Source of the DNA: Shinella sp.
GTDB taxonomy: Bacteria > Pseudomonadota > Alphaproteobacteria > Rhizobiales > Rhizobiaceae
Assembly (NCBI GenBank): GCA_033795365.1
Contig: JARYGU010000005.1
Coordinates: 278,191-342,190 of the forward strand
Reading direction: 5' to 3'
DNA: 64,000 nucleotides
Position 1 is the first letter of the stretch; every line of letters begins with the position of its first letter. Shown piece by piece: positions 39,128 to 49,512 of this stretch. The notes beneath the pieces are model-generated. The model had not been told where the DNA came from. It ran no database searches and was given only the letters and a program-made list of their open reading frames with translations. Both the position numbers and the translations under genes were made by a program.

Positions 39128-39568
39128 CTATTCCGTCAACGGCGGCAGCCGGCGCTTCACCGGCGTTGATTTCACGAGCGCCGTATTGGTCTGCGCTCTC
39201 TCGGTGATCTTATCCAGGATCGAATCCAGTTCCTGCATCGAACGCAGATAGATGCGCGCGATGAAGCAGTCGTCTCCCGTCACCTTGTCGCATTCGACGC
39301 ATTCCGGCATCTCCTGAAGCAGGCGCTCCACGATATGCAGCTGGCCGGGCATCGGCCGGACGCGGACGATCGCTTGCAGCGAAAAGCCGACCGACGCGGG
39401 ATTGAGATCGATGGTGTAACCATGAAGCACGCCCCGCTCCTCGAGCTTGCGCAGCCGCTCGGCCGCGCTCGGGGACGAGAGGCCGATCGCGGCCGCCAGA
39501 TCCTTGAGCGACATGCGGGCGTTGTCCGCGAGCTGCGCGAGAATAAGCGTGTCTGTTTCGTCAAGCAT
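39128..39568 (-). CDS. Lrp/AsnC-family transcriptional regulator
   Basis: LDETDTLILAQLADNARMSLKDLAAAIGLSSPSAAERLRKLEERGVL (HTH_AsnC) plus an RAM domain. Confidence 0.92.
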   Translation of the reverse strand: MLDETDTLILAQLADNARMSLKDLAAAIGLSSPSAAERLRKLEERGVLHGYTIDLNPASVGFSLQAIVRVRPMPGQLHIVERLLQEMPECVECDKVTGDDCFIARIYLRSMQELDSILDKITERAQTNTALVKSTPVKRRLPPLTE

Positions 39569-39696
39569 GGTAGCGATGAGGCGTTTTCCTTGCTTTACTT
39601 TAAAGGATTAGGCTGCAATGCGCAAATGCCTTCCGAGTTCCATATTTTTCGAACGCCCGCTTTTCTATCATGCACTTCTTCTTCAGGGAGATGAGC

Positions 39697-40593
39697 ATGA
39701 ACAAGGATATCCGCACGGGAACGATCGAAATGACGGCAGCGATGCTGATCTCGGGCACCATCGGCTGGTTCGTCCTGAAGTCCGGTCAGACGATCGCCGA
39801 AGTGGTCTTCTGGCGCTGCTTCTTCGGGGCGCTCAGCCTCCTTGTCGTCTGCGGCCTTTTGGGATTCCTGAAGCCTTCGGTCATCAGCCTGCCGCGGCTT
39901 CTCGTCGCAATCTTCGGAGGTATCGCCATCGTGATCAACTGGCTGCTTCTGTTTGAAGCCTATTCGCACGCCTCGATATCCATTGCCACGACGATCTACA
40001 ACACGCAGCCCTTCATGCTCCTGGGTCTAGGTGCTTTGTTTTTCAGGGAACGCATCACTTCGACAAAGATCTTCTGGCTGGGGCTCGCTTTTGCCGGGAT
40101 GCTTGCAATCGTGGAAGCGAAGCCATCCGGCGGCGCGGCGGACGCCAACTATGCAACCGGCATCGCGCTGGCGCTCGGCGCTGCCTTCTTCTACGCGCTC
40201 GCCGCGATCGCGGCCAAGGGCCTCAAGGGAACGCCGCCGCACCTCATCGCGCTCATCCAGGTTGCGACCGGAACCCTGATGCTGGCGCCGATGGTTCGAT
40301 TTTCCGACCTGCCGCAGACGCCAGACATCTGGTCCATCCTTCTCGCGATCGGCGTCTTCCACACCGGCCTCATGTATGTGCTGCTTTACGGAGCGATCCA
40401 AAAGCTGCCGACCCATCTGACGGGGGCGCTGTCGTTCATTTATCCGATTGCGGCCATAGTCGTCGATCGCCTGGCTTTCGGGCATTCCCTGCAGCCACTG
40501 CAGGTATTGGGCTCCGGGATCATCCTGCTTGCCGCCGCCGGCATGACACTTGGCTGGTCGCTCCCGACCTTCCGGCGAAATCCGGCATCCTGA
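39697..40593 (+). CDS. DMT-superfamily (EamA) transporter
   Basis: About 10 TM segments and two EamA repeats. It is divergent from the Lrp regulator. The ATG at 39697 has GGGAG 6 nt upstream. Confidence 0.85.
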   Translation: MNKDIRTGTIEMTAAMLISGTIGWFVLKSGQTIAEVVFWRCFFGALSLLVVCGLLGFLKPSVISLPRLLVAIFGGIAIVINWLLLFEAYSHASISIATTIYNTQPFMLLGLGALFFRERITSTKIFWLGLAFAGMLAIVEAKPSGGAADANYATGIALALGAAFFYALAAIAAKGLKGTPPHLIALIQVATGTLMLAPMVRFSDLPQTPDIWSILLAIGVFHTGLMYVLLYGAIQKLPTHLTGALSFIYPIAAIVVDRLAFGHSLQPLQVLGSGIILLAAAGMTLGWSLPTFRRNPAS

Positions 40594-40599
40594 GCCGGT

Positions 40600-41232
40600 C
40601 TATCGCCGTGCTTCCGTCGCCATGCGAACCGCGAGAACGGCGAGCACCGTTCCCATCAGCCAGCGCTGGATGACGAGCCAAAGGGGCCGGCCGGCGAGGA
40701 AGCCCGCGATCGAACCGGCCGTCAGCGCGATAAGCGCATTGATAGTCACGCTGATGACAATTTGCGTTCCCCCAAGCACAAGAGATTGCAGCAGAACGCT
40801 GCTGCGACCCGGATCGATGAACTGCGGCAGGAGCGAAAGATAAAGCACCGCGATCTTGGGATTGAGAAGATTGGTGAGAAAGCCCATCAAAAACAGCTTT
40901 CGCGGACTATCCTTGGGCAATTCACGTATTTGAAACGGCGAACGGCCGCCGGGCCGAATTGCCTGCCAGGCGAGATAGAGCAGATAGAGAGCGCCGACAA
41001 AGCGCAACAAATCGTAGGCGAAAGGCACGGCAAGCAGCAGCGCCGTTATGCCGAAAGCGGCGGAAAGCATATAAAAGAGGAAGCCGAGCGCGACGCCGCC
41101 GAGAGAGACGAGGCCGGCCGCAGCGCCCTGGCTGATCGAACGCGAGATCAGATAGATCATGTTCGGCCCGGGAGTAAGCACCATTCCGAGCGCAAGCAGC
41201 GCAAAGGCAGCGAGGTTTATCATCTCCGGCAT
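40600..41232 (-). CDS. LysE/RhtB-family amino-acid exporter (second copy in window)
   Basis: 210 aa; LAAFALLALGMVLTPGPNMIYLISRS and a 5-6 TM LysE topology. Confidence 0.88.
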   Translation of the reverse strand: MPEMINLAAFALLALGMVLTPGPNMIYLISRSISQGAAAGLVSLGGVALGFLFYMLSAAFGITALLLAVPFAYDLLRFVGALYLLYLAWQAIRPGGRSPFQIRELPKDSPRKLFLMGFLTNLLNPKIAVLYLSLLPQFIDPGRSSVLLQSLVLGGTQIVISVTINALIALTAGSIAGFLAGRPLWLVIQRWLMGTVLAVLAVRMATEARR

Positions 41233-41638
41233 GAAGGCCTCTCCGTTTGTGCATCACCGATAAGCCAGACGCATCCTAGAGAGCAAGCCCGGAGCCGGAA
41301 TATTACCGGAAATGCAGTGCTGATGGGTGGGATAGCACCGGAGCAACGGCTGCCGCCTCATGAGGCTGCAGGTCTCCTATATGGCGCTTGCGGCGCGTGC
41401 ACGACACTTGCTCAGAAAGCCGGGGGCATTGCAGGCATTGAACAGGATTGCGGGCCGGCATTCTGGCCAGCACCGCCGTCTATATCGCGACGCGCGCGGC
41501 GTGAAATAAAGATTTCCGCCGCCAGGCTTTCCAAAGCGATTTTTCCAACCGCTGGACGATGTCTGGTCCGTGCTGCTCTGGTCTCCCCCATTTTTTGAAC
41601 CTATTCTGCCGCACACAGCAAAACGAAGGGAGCCGAAC

Positions 41639-42607
41639 ATGCCAGAGACCCGCAAGCCCGGCCGCGGCCGCATCTATTCCTCCATCACGGAAACCATCGG
41701 CGACACGCCGATCGTGCGTCTCGACAAGTTGGCGAAGGAAAAGGGCGTGAAGGCAAACCTTCTCGGCAAACTCGAATTCTTCAATCCCATCGCCTCCGTG
41801 AAGGACCGGATCGGGGTCGCGATGATCGAAGCGCTCGAAGCACAGGGCAAGATTTCGCCCGGAAAGACGACGCTGATCGAGCCGACGTCGGGCAATACGG
41901 GCATTGCGCTTGCCTTCGCTGCAGCCGCCAAGGGCTACAAGCTGATCCTGACCATGCCGGAGACGATGTCGATCGAGCGGCGCAAGATGCTGGCCCTGCT
42001 CGGTGCGGAACTCGTGCTGACTGAGGGCCCGAAGGGCATGAAAGGCGCGATCGCGAAGGCCGAAGAACTGGCCGCGACGCTGCCCGATGCCGTCATACCG
42101 CAACAGTTCGAAAATCCCGCCAATCCGGAAATCCACCGGAAGACGACGGCCGAGGAAATCTGGAACGACACCGAAGGCCAGATCGATATTCTGGTTTCCG
42201 GCATCGGCACGGGCGGAACCATAACCGGTGCGGGTCAGGTGCTGAAGGCGCGCAAGCCGGACCTGAAGATCATCGCCGTCGAACCAGCCGACAGCCCGGT
42301 GCTTTCCGGCGGCAATCCCGGCCCGCACAAGATACAGGGTATCGGCGCGGGGTTCGCGCCGGAAATTCTCGACACGAAGATCTATGACGAAGTCGTCACC
42401 GTCACCAATGACGAGGCCTTCGAGACCGCGCGCCTTGTGGCAAGGCTCGAAGGCGTGCCGGTCGGCATCTCTTCCGGCGCCGCACTCGCGGCCGCCATCA
42501 GGATCGGCAGCCGGGAGGAGAGCGCCGGCAAGAACATCGTCGTCATCATCCCCTCCTTTGCGGAACGCTATCTCTCGACCGCGCTCTTCGAGGGGCTTGG
42601 CGTCTGA
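41639..42607 (+). CDS. cysK: Cysteine synthase A (O-acetylserine sulfhydrylase)
   Basis: IGDTPIVRL...[14 protein letters not shown]...[12 protein letters not shown]...[10 protein letters not shown]...SSGAA. GAAGGGAG lies upstream of the ATG at 41639. Confidence 0.95.
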   Translation: MPETRKPGRGRIYSSITETIGDTPIVRLDKLAKEKGVKANLLGKLEFFNPIASVKDRIGVAMIEALEAQGKISPGKTTLIEPTSGNTGIALAFAAAAKGYKLILTMPETMSIERRKMLALLGAELVLTEGPKGMKGAIAKAEELAATLPDAVIPQQFENPANPEIHRKTTAEEIWNDTEGQIDILVSGIGTGGTITGAGQVLKARKPDLKIIAVEPADSPVLSGGNPGPHKIQGIGAGFAPEILDTKIYDEVVTVTNDEAFETARLVARLEGVPVGISSGAALAAAIRIGSREESAGKNIVVIIPSFAERYLSTALFEGLGV

Positions 42608-42625
42608 ACAAAGATACTAGAGCGC

Positions 42626-42647
42626 TGCGCGTTCAATTGAACGCGCA
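42626..42647. repeat. Perfect 22-bp palindrome just after cysK
   Basis: TGCGCGTTCAATTGAACGCGCA, 19 nt after the cysK stop. There is no adjacent T-tract. Confidence 0.8.
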
Positions 42648-42672
42648 AAGGATGCCTTAGCTCTTTGAATCT

Positions 42673-42721
42673 AGAGCATCTTTCTGCATTCTGGTGATTC
42701 CACCTGAATGCAGAAGGCTCT
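42673..42721. repeat. Long inverted repeat (REP/RIME-like hairpin)
   Basis: TTCTGCATTC (42682-42691) pairs perfectly with GAATGCAGAA (42706-42715). It has an inner GGTG/CACC pairing and outer AGAGC/GCTCT flanks. CTAGAGC words recur at 42617 and 42671. Confidence 0.7.
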
Positions 42722-42882
42722 AAGGAACGGCATTCGACGGAGCGCTCCCCTTTCCCGGGTCCTTCCCGGGCATTCCCATATCGCGCCGCTCGCTCGAAAG
42801 GCTGATGCACTTCGCCTGGAAGCGCGTCACGATTTTCAGGACAACGACGTGCACGGAACAAGGATACAAAGCGGATTGCGCG

Positions 42883-42920
42883 GGGCCCTTCGCGCTATGT
42901 GCTTTGGAGCGCAAAGGCCC
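42883..42920. repeat. Imperfect inverted repeat in the cysK-comM spacer
   Basis: GGGCCCTTCGCGCT ... AGCGCAAAGGCCC gives about 12 paired positions with one bulge and one mismatch. Confidence 0.5.
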
Positions 42921-43140
42921 TTTGATGACCCTGTCCCGACGTTGCGAGCCGCAACACCCCCCGCCGCTGATCCTTAAAATCCGGGCAACGCACAGCGAAA
43001 GCCCCGGCCCTGATTACTGCATTTGCGGCAACGGCCTGATGTCGGTCGGCACGGCCGGTGAATTGCCGATGCAGCGCGCCGAGCAGGTTACTCCGATGCA
43101 GCGCGAACGGCGCTCCACGCAGCATCGAGATCACCAACCC

Positions 43141-44673
43141 TCACGCTGCCGCTGCGAGGCGCTCGCCGGCCATGCGATAGGAAATCGCTTCCGCAAGATG
43201 GATCCGCCCGACGGTGTCCTTTCCATCGAGATCGGCGAGCGTACGGGCGACCTTCAGTACACGATGATAGCCGCGCGCGGAAAATTTCAGCTTTTCCGCC
43301 GCATCCCGCAGCAACTGCAGGCCACCCGGATCGGGTTGAGCAATCTTTTCGATCAATGCCGTGGATGTACGGGCATTCGTCGTGACCTCGGAAAGCCCGA
43401 GTGAGATGAAACGGTCGCGCTGTACCTCGCGGGCGCGCGATACGCGGGCGGCAACCGCGGCACTCGTCTCCGCGGGCAGGGGACGAATGAGGTCGGACGC
43501 CGACACCGCAGGCACATCTATGCGGATATCGATACGATCGAGCAGCGGGCCGGAAATACGCGCCTGGTAGTCCGACATGCAGCGCGGACCACGGGCGCAG
43601 GTCCGCCCCGGCTCGCCCGCCATGCCGCAGCGGCAGGGATTCATTGCCGCGACGAGCTGGATCGCCGCCGGATAGGTCACCCGATGGTTGGCCCTGGCGA
43701 TGATGCACTCTGCCGTTTCCAGCGGCTGGCGAAGAGCATCGAGCGCTTGCGGCGAGAATTCCGGAAACTCGTCGAGAAAGAGGACACCGTGATGAGCCAG
43801 CGAAGCCTCGCCCGGCTTTGCCCGCAATCCGCCGCCGACGAGCGCCGCCATCGTCGCCGAATGGTGCGGGGCGCGATAAGGACGGCGATCGGAGAGCTTG
43901 CCTCCCGCAAGCTGCCCGGCGATCGAATGGATCATCGACACTTCCAGCAGTTCGGAGGGAGACAGCGGCGGCAGAATGGACGGCAGACGCGCGGCAAGCA
44001 TGGACTTGCCGGAACCGGGAGGACCGACCATCAAAAGATTGTGGCCGCCAGCCGCGGCGACTTCCAGCGCGCGCTTGGCGCTTTCCTGTCCCTTGATGTC
44101 AGCGAGATCCGGCATATTGGCCGGCGCGGCGCGGATAGCCGGCTCGGGACGGGACAGCACCTGGGTTCCCCGAAAATGATTGGCGATCGCGATAAGGCTG
44201 CGCGGGGCGAGAATATCGAGATCGGCACCGGCCCAGGCCGCTTCGGCGCCGCTTTCCGCCGGGCAGATCAAACCTTTGCCGAACGCATTCGCGCCGATGG
44301 CGGCGGGAAGCGCGCCGGCGATCGGAGCGATCGTGCCGTCGAGATTGAGTTCACCGATTACGACATAACCGTCGAGCCCATCTGCGGGAATGGCGCCGAG
44401 AGCCGCCATCAGGCCGAGCGCGATCGGAAGGTCGAAATGGCTGCCCTCCTTCGGCAGATCGGCGGGCGCAAGATTTATGGTGACCTTCTTCGCCGGAAAG
44501 GCGAGGCCGGAGGCATGCAAGGCCGCCTGGACGCGCTCCCGGCTTTCCGCGACGGCCTTGTCGGGCAGGCCGACGATGTGCATGTTCACCTTGCCGGGCG
44601 CAACCATCACCTGGACATCGACAGGCACACCTTCTATTCCGTGAAATGCAACCGTGCTGACACGCGCAACCAT
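43141..44673 (-). CDS. comM: YifB/ComM-family Mg-chelatase-like AAA+ ATPase
   Basis: MVARVSTVAFHGIEGVPVDVQV...DLPIALGL...DIKGQESAKRALEVAAAGGHNLLMVGPPGSGKSMLA...GVLFLDEFPEF. The ATG at 44673 is used. Confidence 0.92.
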   Translation of the reverse strand: MVARVSTVAFHGIEGVPVDVQVMVAPGKVNMHIVGLPDKAVAESRERVQAALHASGLAFPAKKVTINLAPADLPKEGSHFDLPIALGLMAALGAIPADGLDGYVVIGELNLDGTIAPIAGALPAAIGANAFGKGLICPAESGAEAAWAGADLDILAPRSLIAIANHFRGTQVLSRPEPAIRAAPANMPDLADIKGQESAKRALEVAAAGGHNLLMVGPPGSGKSMLAARLPSILPPLSPSELLEVSMIHSIAGQLAGGKLSDRRPYRAPHHSATMAALVGGGLRAKPGEASLAHHGVLFLDEFPEFSPQALDALRQPLETAECIIARANHRVTYPAAIQLVAAMNPCRCGMAGEPGRTCARGPRCMSDYQARISGPLLDRIDIRIDVPAVSASDLIRPLPAETSAAVAARVSRAREVQRDRFISLGLSEVTTNARTSTALIEKIAQPDPGGLQLLRDAAEKLKFSARGYHRVLKVARTLADLDGKDTVGRIHLAEAISYRMAGERLAAAA

Positions 44674-44789
44674 AGCTGTCCCCTCTGTCCGGACCGATGC
44701 GCGGCAACAGCGTCCCTTTACATCTGCCACGCCGGACAACCTTTTTAGGTTGCAACGACAAATCTTGCACGGATAGAGGAATAAAACAA

Positions 44790-44804
44790 GAACAATTATC
44801 GAAC
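44790..44804. promoter_or_regulatory. Alpha-proteobacterial LexA (SOS) box upstream of comM
   Basis: Perfect GAAC-AATTATC-GAAC (GTTC-N7-GTTC on the comM strand), 117 bp upstream of the comM ATG. A weaker GAAC-N7-GGAC and the palindrome GTTCGCGAAC lie at 44853-44877. Confidence 0.6.
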
Positions 44805-44928
44805 AACCGAAGGAATTTTCCTCGCCATGGTTGTACCCTGGTTGCATTCGGGGAACGAAAGCGGGACGTTCGCGAACAACCGCCGCACAGCATATTTTTC
44901 GGCAAAGAGGAAAACTTCGCCCGCAGGC

Positions 44929-45876
44929 TCAGGGACGTTTGGCTTCTATGGCATTCCAAAGCAGGGCCGCGATATCAGCGCCGCCGAACTTGCGGACCTC
45001 GCGGATGCCCGTCGGCGAGGTGACGTTGATCTCGGTCATGTAATCTCCGATCACGTCGATGCCGACGAGCAGGAAACCGCGCTCACGCAACGCTGGACCG
45101 ATGCGCGCGCAGATTTCCTTTTCGCGCGTAGTGAGCTCCGTCGCTTCGGCCCGTCCGCCGACATGCATATTGGAGCGGGAATCATGCTCGGCAGGCACGC
45201 GGTTGATCGCGCCCACAGGTTCGCCATCGACAAGGATGATGCGCTTGTCGCCGGCCCGCACCGCCGGCAGGTATTGCTGCGCAATGAAGGGTTCGCGGAA
45301 CATCTGACCGAACATTTCCAGAAGAGAGGAAAGATTGCGATCGTCGCGCGAGGAGTGGAAGACGCCCGCGCCGCCATTGCCATAGAGCGGCTTCAGGATG
45401 ATGTCGCCCCTCTCCTCCCGGAACCGGCGGATCTCGGCCGCATCGCGCGTGATCAGCGTCGCCGGCATGAGGTCGGCGAATTCGGTGACGAAGATCTTTT
45501 CCGGCGAGTTGCGCACCCAGGCCGGGTCGTTGACGACCAGCGTCTTCGGGTGGATGCGCTCCAGAAGATGGGTGGAGGTGATATAGGACATGTCGAAGGG
45601 CGGATCCTGCCGCAGCAGGACGACATCCATCGTCGAGAGGGCGATCCGTTCCGGCGAGCCGAGCTCATAGTGCTCGCCCTTGACGTCGCGCAACGTCATC
45701 GGCTCGACGGAGGCATAGACCTTGCCGTCGCGAAAGCTCAGCCGGTCCGGCGTATAGTGGAAGAGATTGTAGCCGCGGGCCTGCGCCTCGAGGCTCATGG
45801 CGAAGGTGCTGTCGCCGGCGATATTGATGGTGGACACATGGTCCATCTGGACTGCGACGTTCTTGATCTTTGCCAT
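44929..45876 (-). CDS. gshB: Glutathione synthase
   Basis: [36 protein letters not shown]...LLRQDPPFD...[14 protein letters not shown]...[19 protein letters not shown]. Confidence 0.95.
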   Translation of the reverse strand: MAKIKNVAVQMDHVSTINIAGDSTFAMSLEAQARGYNLFHYTPDRLSFRDGKVYASVEPMTLRDVKGEHYELGSPERIALSTMDVVLLRQDPPFDMSYITSTHLLERIHPKTLVVNDPAWVRNSPEKIFVTEFADLMPATLITRDAAEIRRFREERGDIILKPLYGNGGAGVFHSSRDDRNLSSLLEMFGQMFREPFIAQQYLPAVRAGDKRIILVDGEPVGAINRVPAEHDSRSNMHVGGRAEATELTTREKEICARIGPALRERGFLLVGIDVIGDYMTEINVTSPTGIREVRKFGGADIAALLWNAIEAKRP

Positions 45877-45977
45877 GGAATGTCCCCTGCGGAATGCCGG
45901 AAACATTTAGGGCGGCGCAGCGGCAAACGCAACGGGCGGCCGGAGCCGCCCGCATCAAATTCGCCGAAGTCGAAGGT

Positions 45978-46475
45978 TCAGGCAGCGAGACCGCCGCGCT
46001 GGGGACCCCGCAACAAGTCGCGCAGTCGATAGGCGAACGTAACGGGCGCGGGAAAGCTCTTGCGGCAGAACGCGATCTTGCGGACATAATTGTCGATATG
46101 CCATGTCGCCCAGGTCTTGCCGGCGAAATAGCCGATGTCGCCTGCGCGAAGGATACGCTCGCTGCCGTCCTCGGCAGTCACGTGCACTTCGCCTTCGAGA
46201 ATGATGACCGTTTCATCCCATCCGAAATACCAGCGGAACGTGCCGGCACTGCAATCCCATACCGCCGTCGTGGCGGCATCGTCATGGGCCCGCGAATGCA
46301 GGGCAATGCGCGCCTGCGGATCGCCGGCTATCACCCAGGAGGGCTCGATCGGAGACGGTTCCATGTCGAGGTCGCCCATCGAGGCGGCAATCAACGGACG
46401 TGGCGTTCCGATCGGTATGGGTACGGACTTCACCGCGACGCCGATCGTGCTCGCCAGCATGAGTTTCCAAGACAT
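45978..46475 (-). CDS. Cupin (DUF861/cupin_3-like) domain protein
   Basis: WDCSAGTFRWYFGWDETVIILEGEVHVT...AGDIGYFAGKTWATWHI. It is on the same strand as ugpC and downstream of it. Confidence 0.7.
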   Translation of the reverse strand: MSWKLMLASTIGVAVKSVPIPIGTPRPLIAASMGDLDMEPSPIEPSWVIAGDPQARIALHSRAHDDAATTAVWDCSAGTFRWYFGWDETVIILEGEVHVTAEDGSERILRAGDIGYFAGKTWATWHIDNYVRKIAFCRKSFPAPVTFAYRLRDLLRGPQRGGLAA

Positions 46476-46573
46476 CGGTTCCCCCTTTATAAATCCGGCA
46501 GAACTCTAGCAGAGAAGGGGGTAACGGCCGGTTCATGAAATCCGAAGAATTTTAGTGATCGGCCAACTTTCAG

Positions 46574-47692
46574 TCACAAGACCGCTCCGGCAACCGGCGT
46601 GGCGGGCGGGAAGGCGGAAGGCGGACAGGCGGCTGCGGTCCAATTCAGTCTGGTTCCCTGCTCGACGTCGAAGAAATGAAGGCGGGACGGCGAAACGCCG
46701 AGCGAAAGGGCCTCGGAAAGTTCTATCTCCGGCGACAACGCGACGGTCAACACCTGATCGCCGACCATGCCATGCACCAGCCTCTGCGAGCCGAGCTCCT
46801 CGACATAGTCCACGCGGAACGGCAATCCATCCTCGCCGGGCATTGTGACGTGCAGGTCTTCGGCGCGAATGCCAAGAGTGACCGCTCCCTGGGTCGGAAC
46901 GCTTGATCCGAGATCTACGATTGCGGGGCCGATCGCAAGCTTGCTCCCATGAAGTTCCGCCTTCACCAGATTCATGGCCGGCGATCCTATGAAGCTCGCG
47001 ACAAAGGTTGACGCCGGCTTGTGATAGACGTCGAGTGGCCGGCCGATCTGCTCTATCTTGCCCCCGGACAGCACGACGAGACGGTCGGCAAGCGTCATAG
47101 CCTCGAGCTGGTCATGGGTGACATAGATGGAGGTGGTGCCGACGCGGCGCTGAAGACGCTTGATCTCGCCGCGCATGGAGACGCGCAGTTTGGCATCGAG
47201 GTTCGAAAGCGGCTCATCGAATAGGAAAGCCGACGGCTTACGTACAATCGCGCGGCCCATCGCCACGCGCTGACGCTGCCCTCCGGAAAGCGCGCGCGGC
47301 TTGCGTTCGAGATATTGTCCGATCTCCAGCATGCGCGCCGCCTCCGCGACGCGGGCGTCGATCTCCGCCTTCGGGGTACGACGGTTTTTCAGCCCGTAGG
47401 CGAGATTCTGATAGACCGTCATATGCGGGTAGAGCGCGTAGTTCTGAAAGACCATGGCGACATCGCGATCGGCCGGATCGACGTCGTTGATGACGCGCCC
47501 TCCGATGGTGACGTTTCCGGACGTTATCGTCTCCAGGCCCGCGACCATGCGCAGAAGCGTGGACTTGCCGCAGCCCGACGGGCCGACGAGCACGATGAAT
47601 TCGCCATCCGCAATGTCGATGCTGACGGAGTTCACAGCGCTGACGCCGCCCTGATAGACCTTGGAGACCCCATTGATGCCGATCGACGCCAT
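46574..47692 (-). CDS. ugpC: sn-Glycerol-3-phosphate ABC transporter ATP-binding protein
   Basis: [39 protein letters not shown], and a MalK-type C-terminal regulatory domain. Confidence 0.9.
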   Translation of the reverse strand: MASIGINGVSKVYQGGVSAVNSVSIDIADGEFIVLVGPSGCGKSTLLRMVAGLETITSGNVTIGGRVINDVDPADRDVAMVFQNYALYPHMTVYQNLAYGLKNRRTPKAEIDARVAEAARMLEIGQYLERKPRALSGGQRQRVAMGRAIVRKPSAFLFDEPLSNLDAKLRVSMRGEIKRLQRRVGTTSIYVTHDQLEAMTLADRLVVLSGGKIEQIGRPLDVYHKPASTFVASFIGSPAMNLVKAELHGSKLAIGPAIVDLGSSVPTQGAVTLGIRAEDLHVTMPGEDGLPFRVDYVEELGSQRLVHGMVGDQVLTVALSPEIELSEALSLGVSPSRLHFFDVEQGTRLNWTAAACPPSAFPPATPVAGAVL

Positions 47693-47706
47693 GGTTCGTT
47701 CCCTCT

Positions 47707-48549
47707 TTATTTGTCGCTTTCCGTGAGGCCCTTGATGAACCAGCGCTGGAAGATCATGACGATCATCACCGGTGGCAGCATGGCAAGGATCGCCAGGGCA
47801 AAAGCTTCGTTGTAATCTGGAATGTTGGATCCGACCCAGACGAGCAGGATCTGCTTGATGCCGCGCACCAGCGTGAAGAAGCTCTCATCCGTCGTCATCA
47901 GCGTCGGCCAGAGATACTGGTTCCAGCCATAAACGAACATGATGATGAAGATCGCCGCCATCATGGTGCGCGACAGCGGCACCAGAACGTCGATGAAGAA
48001 CTTGAACGGCCCTGCCCCGTCGATGCGCGCGGCCTCCAGGAGTTCCTCCGGCACGGACTTGAAGAATTGCCGGAAGAAGAAAGTACCGGTTGCCGATGCC
48101 AGCAGCGGCACGATCAGCCCCGTATAGGTATTGGTGAGCCCCAGGCCCGTCATCACCGCATAAGACGGAACGATGCGCACCTCGAGCGGTAAAAGCAGCG
48201 TCGTGAAGATCATCCAGAACAGCAGCGTGCCGAGCCGGAAGCGGAAATAGACGATGGCATAGGCGGCGAGCATGGAAAGCACGATCTTGCCGGCGGCGAA
48301 GCCGATGCCGAGGATCATCGAATTCATGATCATGCGGGCGCCGGTGATCTTGCCGGTGAAGCCCCCCTCATTCGTCAGAACCTTGTCGTATGTCGCCACG
48401 AAGTGATCCCCCCAGGTGAGAGAAAGGCCGTTGCGGTGAATGTCCGCGGCTTCATGCGTCGAGGTCATGAAGGCGATGACAACCGGCGCCACCATGATGA
48501 AGACGCCAGCCAGCAGGACAACGTGGTCGAGGAATTTGATGCGATGCAT
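47707..48549 (-). CDS. ugpE: sn-Glycerol-3-phosphate ABC transporter permease
   Basis: 6-TM MalG-type permease with the EAA loop [25 protein letters not shown]. Confidence 0.88.
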   Translation of the reverse strand: MHRIKFLDHVVLLAGVFIMVAPVVIAFMTSTHEAADIHRNGLSLTWGDHFVATYDKVLTNEGGFTGKITGARMIMNSMILGIGFAAGKIVLSMLAAYAIVYFRFRLGTLLFWMIFTTLLLPLEVRIVPSYAVMTGLGLTNTYTGLIVPLLASATGTFFFRQFFKSVPEELLEAARIDGAGPFKFFIDVLVPLSRTMMAAIFIIMFVYGWNQYLWPTLMTTDESFFTLVRGIKQILLVWVGSNIPDYNEAFALAILAMLPPVMIVMIFQRWFIKGLTESDK

Positions 48550-48561
48550 GACGCGGCCCTC

Positions 48562-49443
48562 TCAATTATAGTGGACGCGCCGCTCGATGAAGCGGAACTG
48601 AAAGATAGTGAGAACGAAGACGACGACCATCAGGATCACGGACTGCGCCGACGAACCGCCGAGATCGTTGCCGCGAAAGCCGTCCATATAGACCTTGTAG
48701 ACAAGCGTAATCGGATTGTTCGCCGCCTTGTCCTTCACCATGACGTCGATGATGCCGAAGGTGTCGAACAGCGAATAAGTCATGTTGATGATCAGCAGGA
48801 AGAACGCCGTCGGCGCAAGCAGCGGCAGCGTCATCGTCCAGAAACGCCGTGTGCCGGACCGGCAGTCGATCGCGGCAGCCTCGCGCACCGATGCGGGAAT
48901 GCTCTGCAGACCGGACAGGATGAAGATGAAATTGTAAGGGATCTGCTTCCAGACGGAGACGACGATCATCGCCGTTGCCGTGTCGTAGTAATTGAGGCCG
49001 ACCTTCATATCCCATCCAAAGAAGGCGGCGAGCCTCACCAGCGGGCCGATATGCTGGTCGAAAAACATCATGCCCATGAGACCTGCGACGGGCGGAGCAA
49101 CGGCGTAGACCCAGATCAGCAGCGTCTTGTAGGTGGAGCTGCCGCGCAGGACCGTATCCGCCTTGACAGCGAGCAGCATGCCGATACCCAGCGAGAGAAA
49201 AGTCACCAGAATCGTAAAGACGACCGTAAAACGCGCAATCGCCCGATATTCAGACGAAAAGAGCACATCGCGATAATTTCCGAAGCCGACGAAAGTCGAT
49301 CCGAAGCCGAAAGGATCCTCCAGATAGAAGGAGGACTGGATCGCCTGAACGGAGGGCCAGTAGAAGAAAATGAAGATAATCGCCATCTGCGGGGCGATGA
49401 AAAGATAAGGCAATATCGGTGACGAGAATTGCACGCGCTTCAT
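48562..49443 (-). CDS. ugpA: sn-Glycerol-3-phosphate ABC transporter permease
   Basis: LPYLFIAPQMAIIFIFFYWP...VWKQIPYNFIFILSGLQSIPASVREAAAIDCRSGTRRFW is close to E. coli UgpA as I remember it. Confidence 0.88.
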   Translation of the reverse strand: MKRVQFSSPILPYLFIAPQMAIIFIFFYWPSVQAIQSSFYLEDPFGFGSTFVGFGNYRDVLFSSEYRAIARFTVVFTILVTFLSLGIGMLLAVKADTVLRGSSTYKTLLIWVYAVAPPVAGLMGMMFFDQHIGPLVRLAAFFGWDMKVGLNYYDTATAMIVVSVWKQIPYNFIFILSGLQSIPASVREAAAIDCRSGTRRFWTMTLPLLAPTAFFLLIINMTYSLFDTFGIIDVMVKDKAANNPITLVYKVYMDGFRGNDLGGSSAQSVILMVVVFVLTIFQFRFIERRVHYN

Positions 49444-49512
49444 CGAAACACCTTCAAATACGATTGCCGGGGGCGATTGCCCCCGGAAACCGGATTCCAG
49501 TTCGCACGTCGA

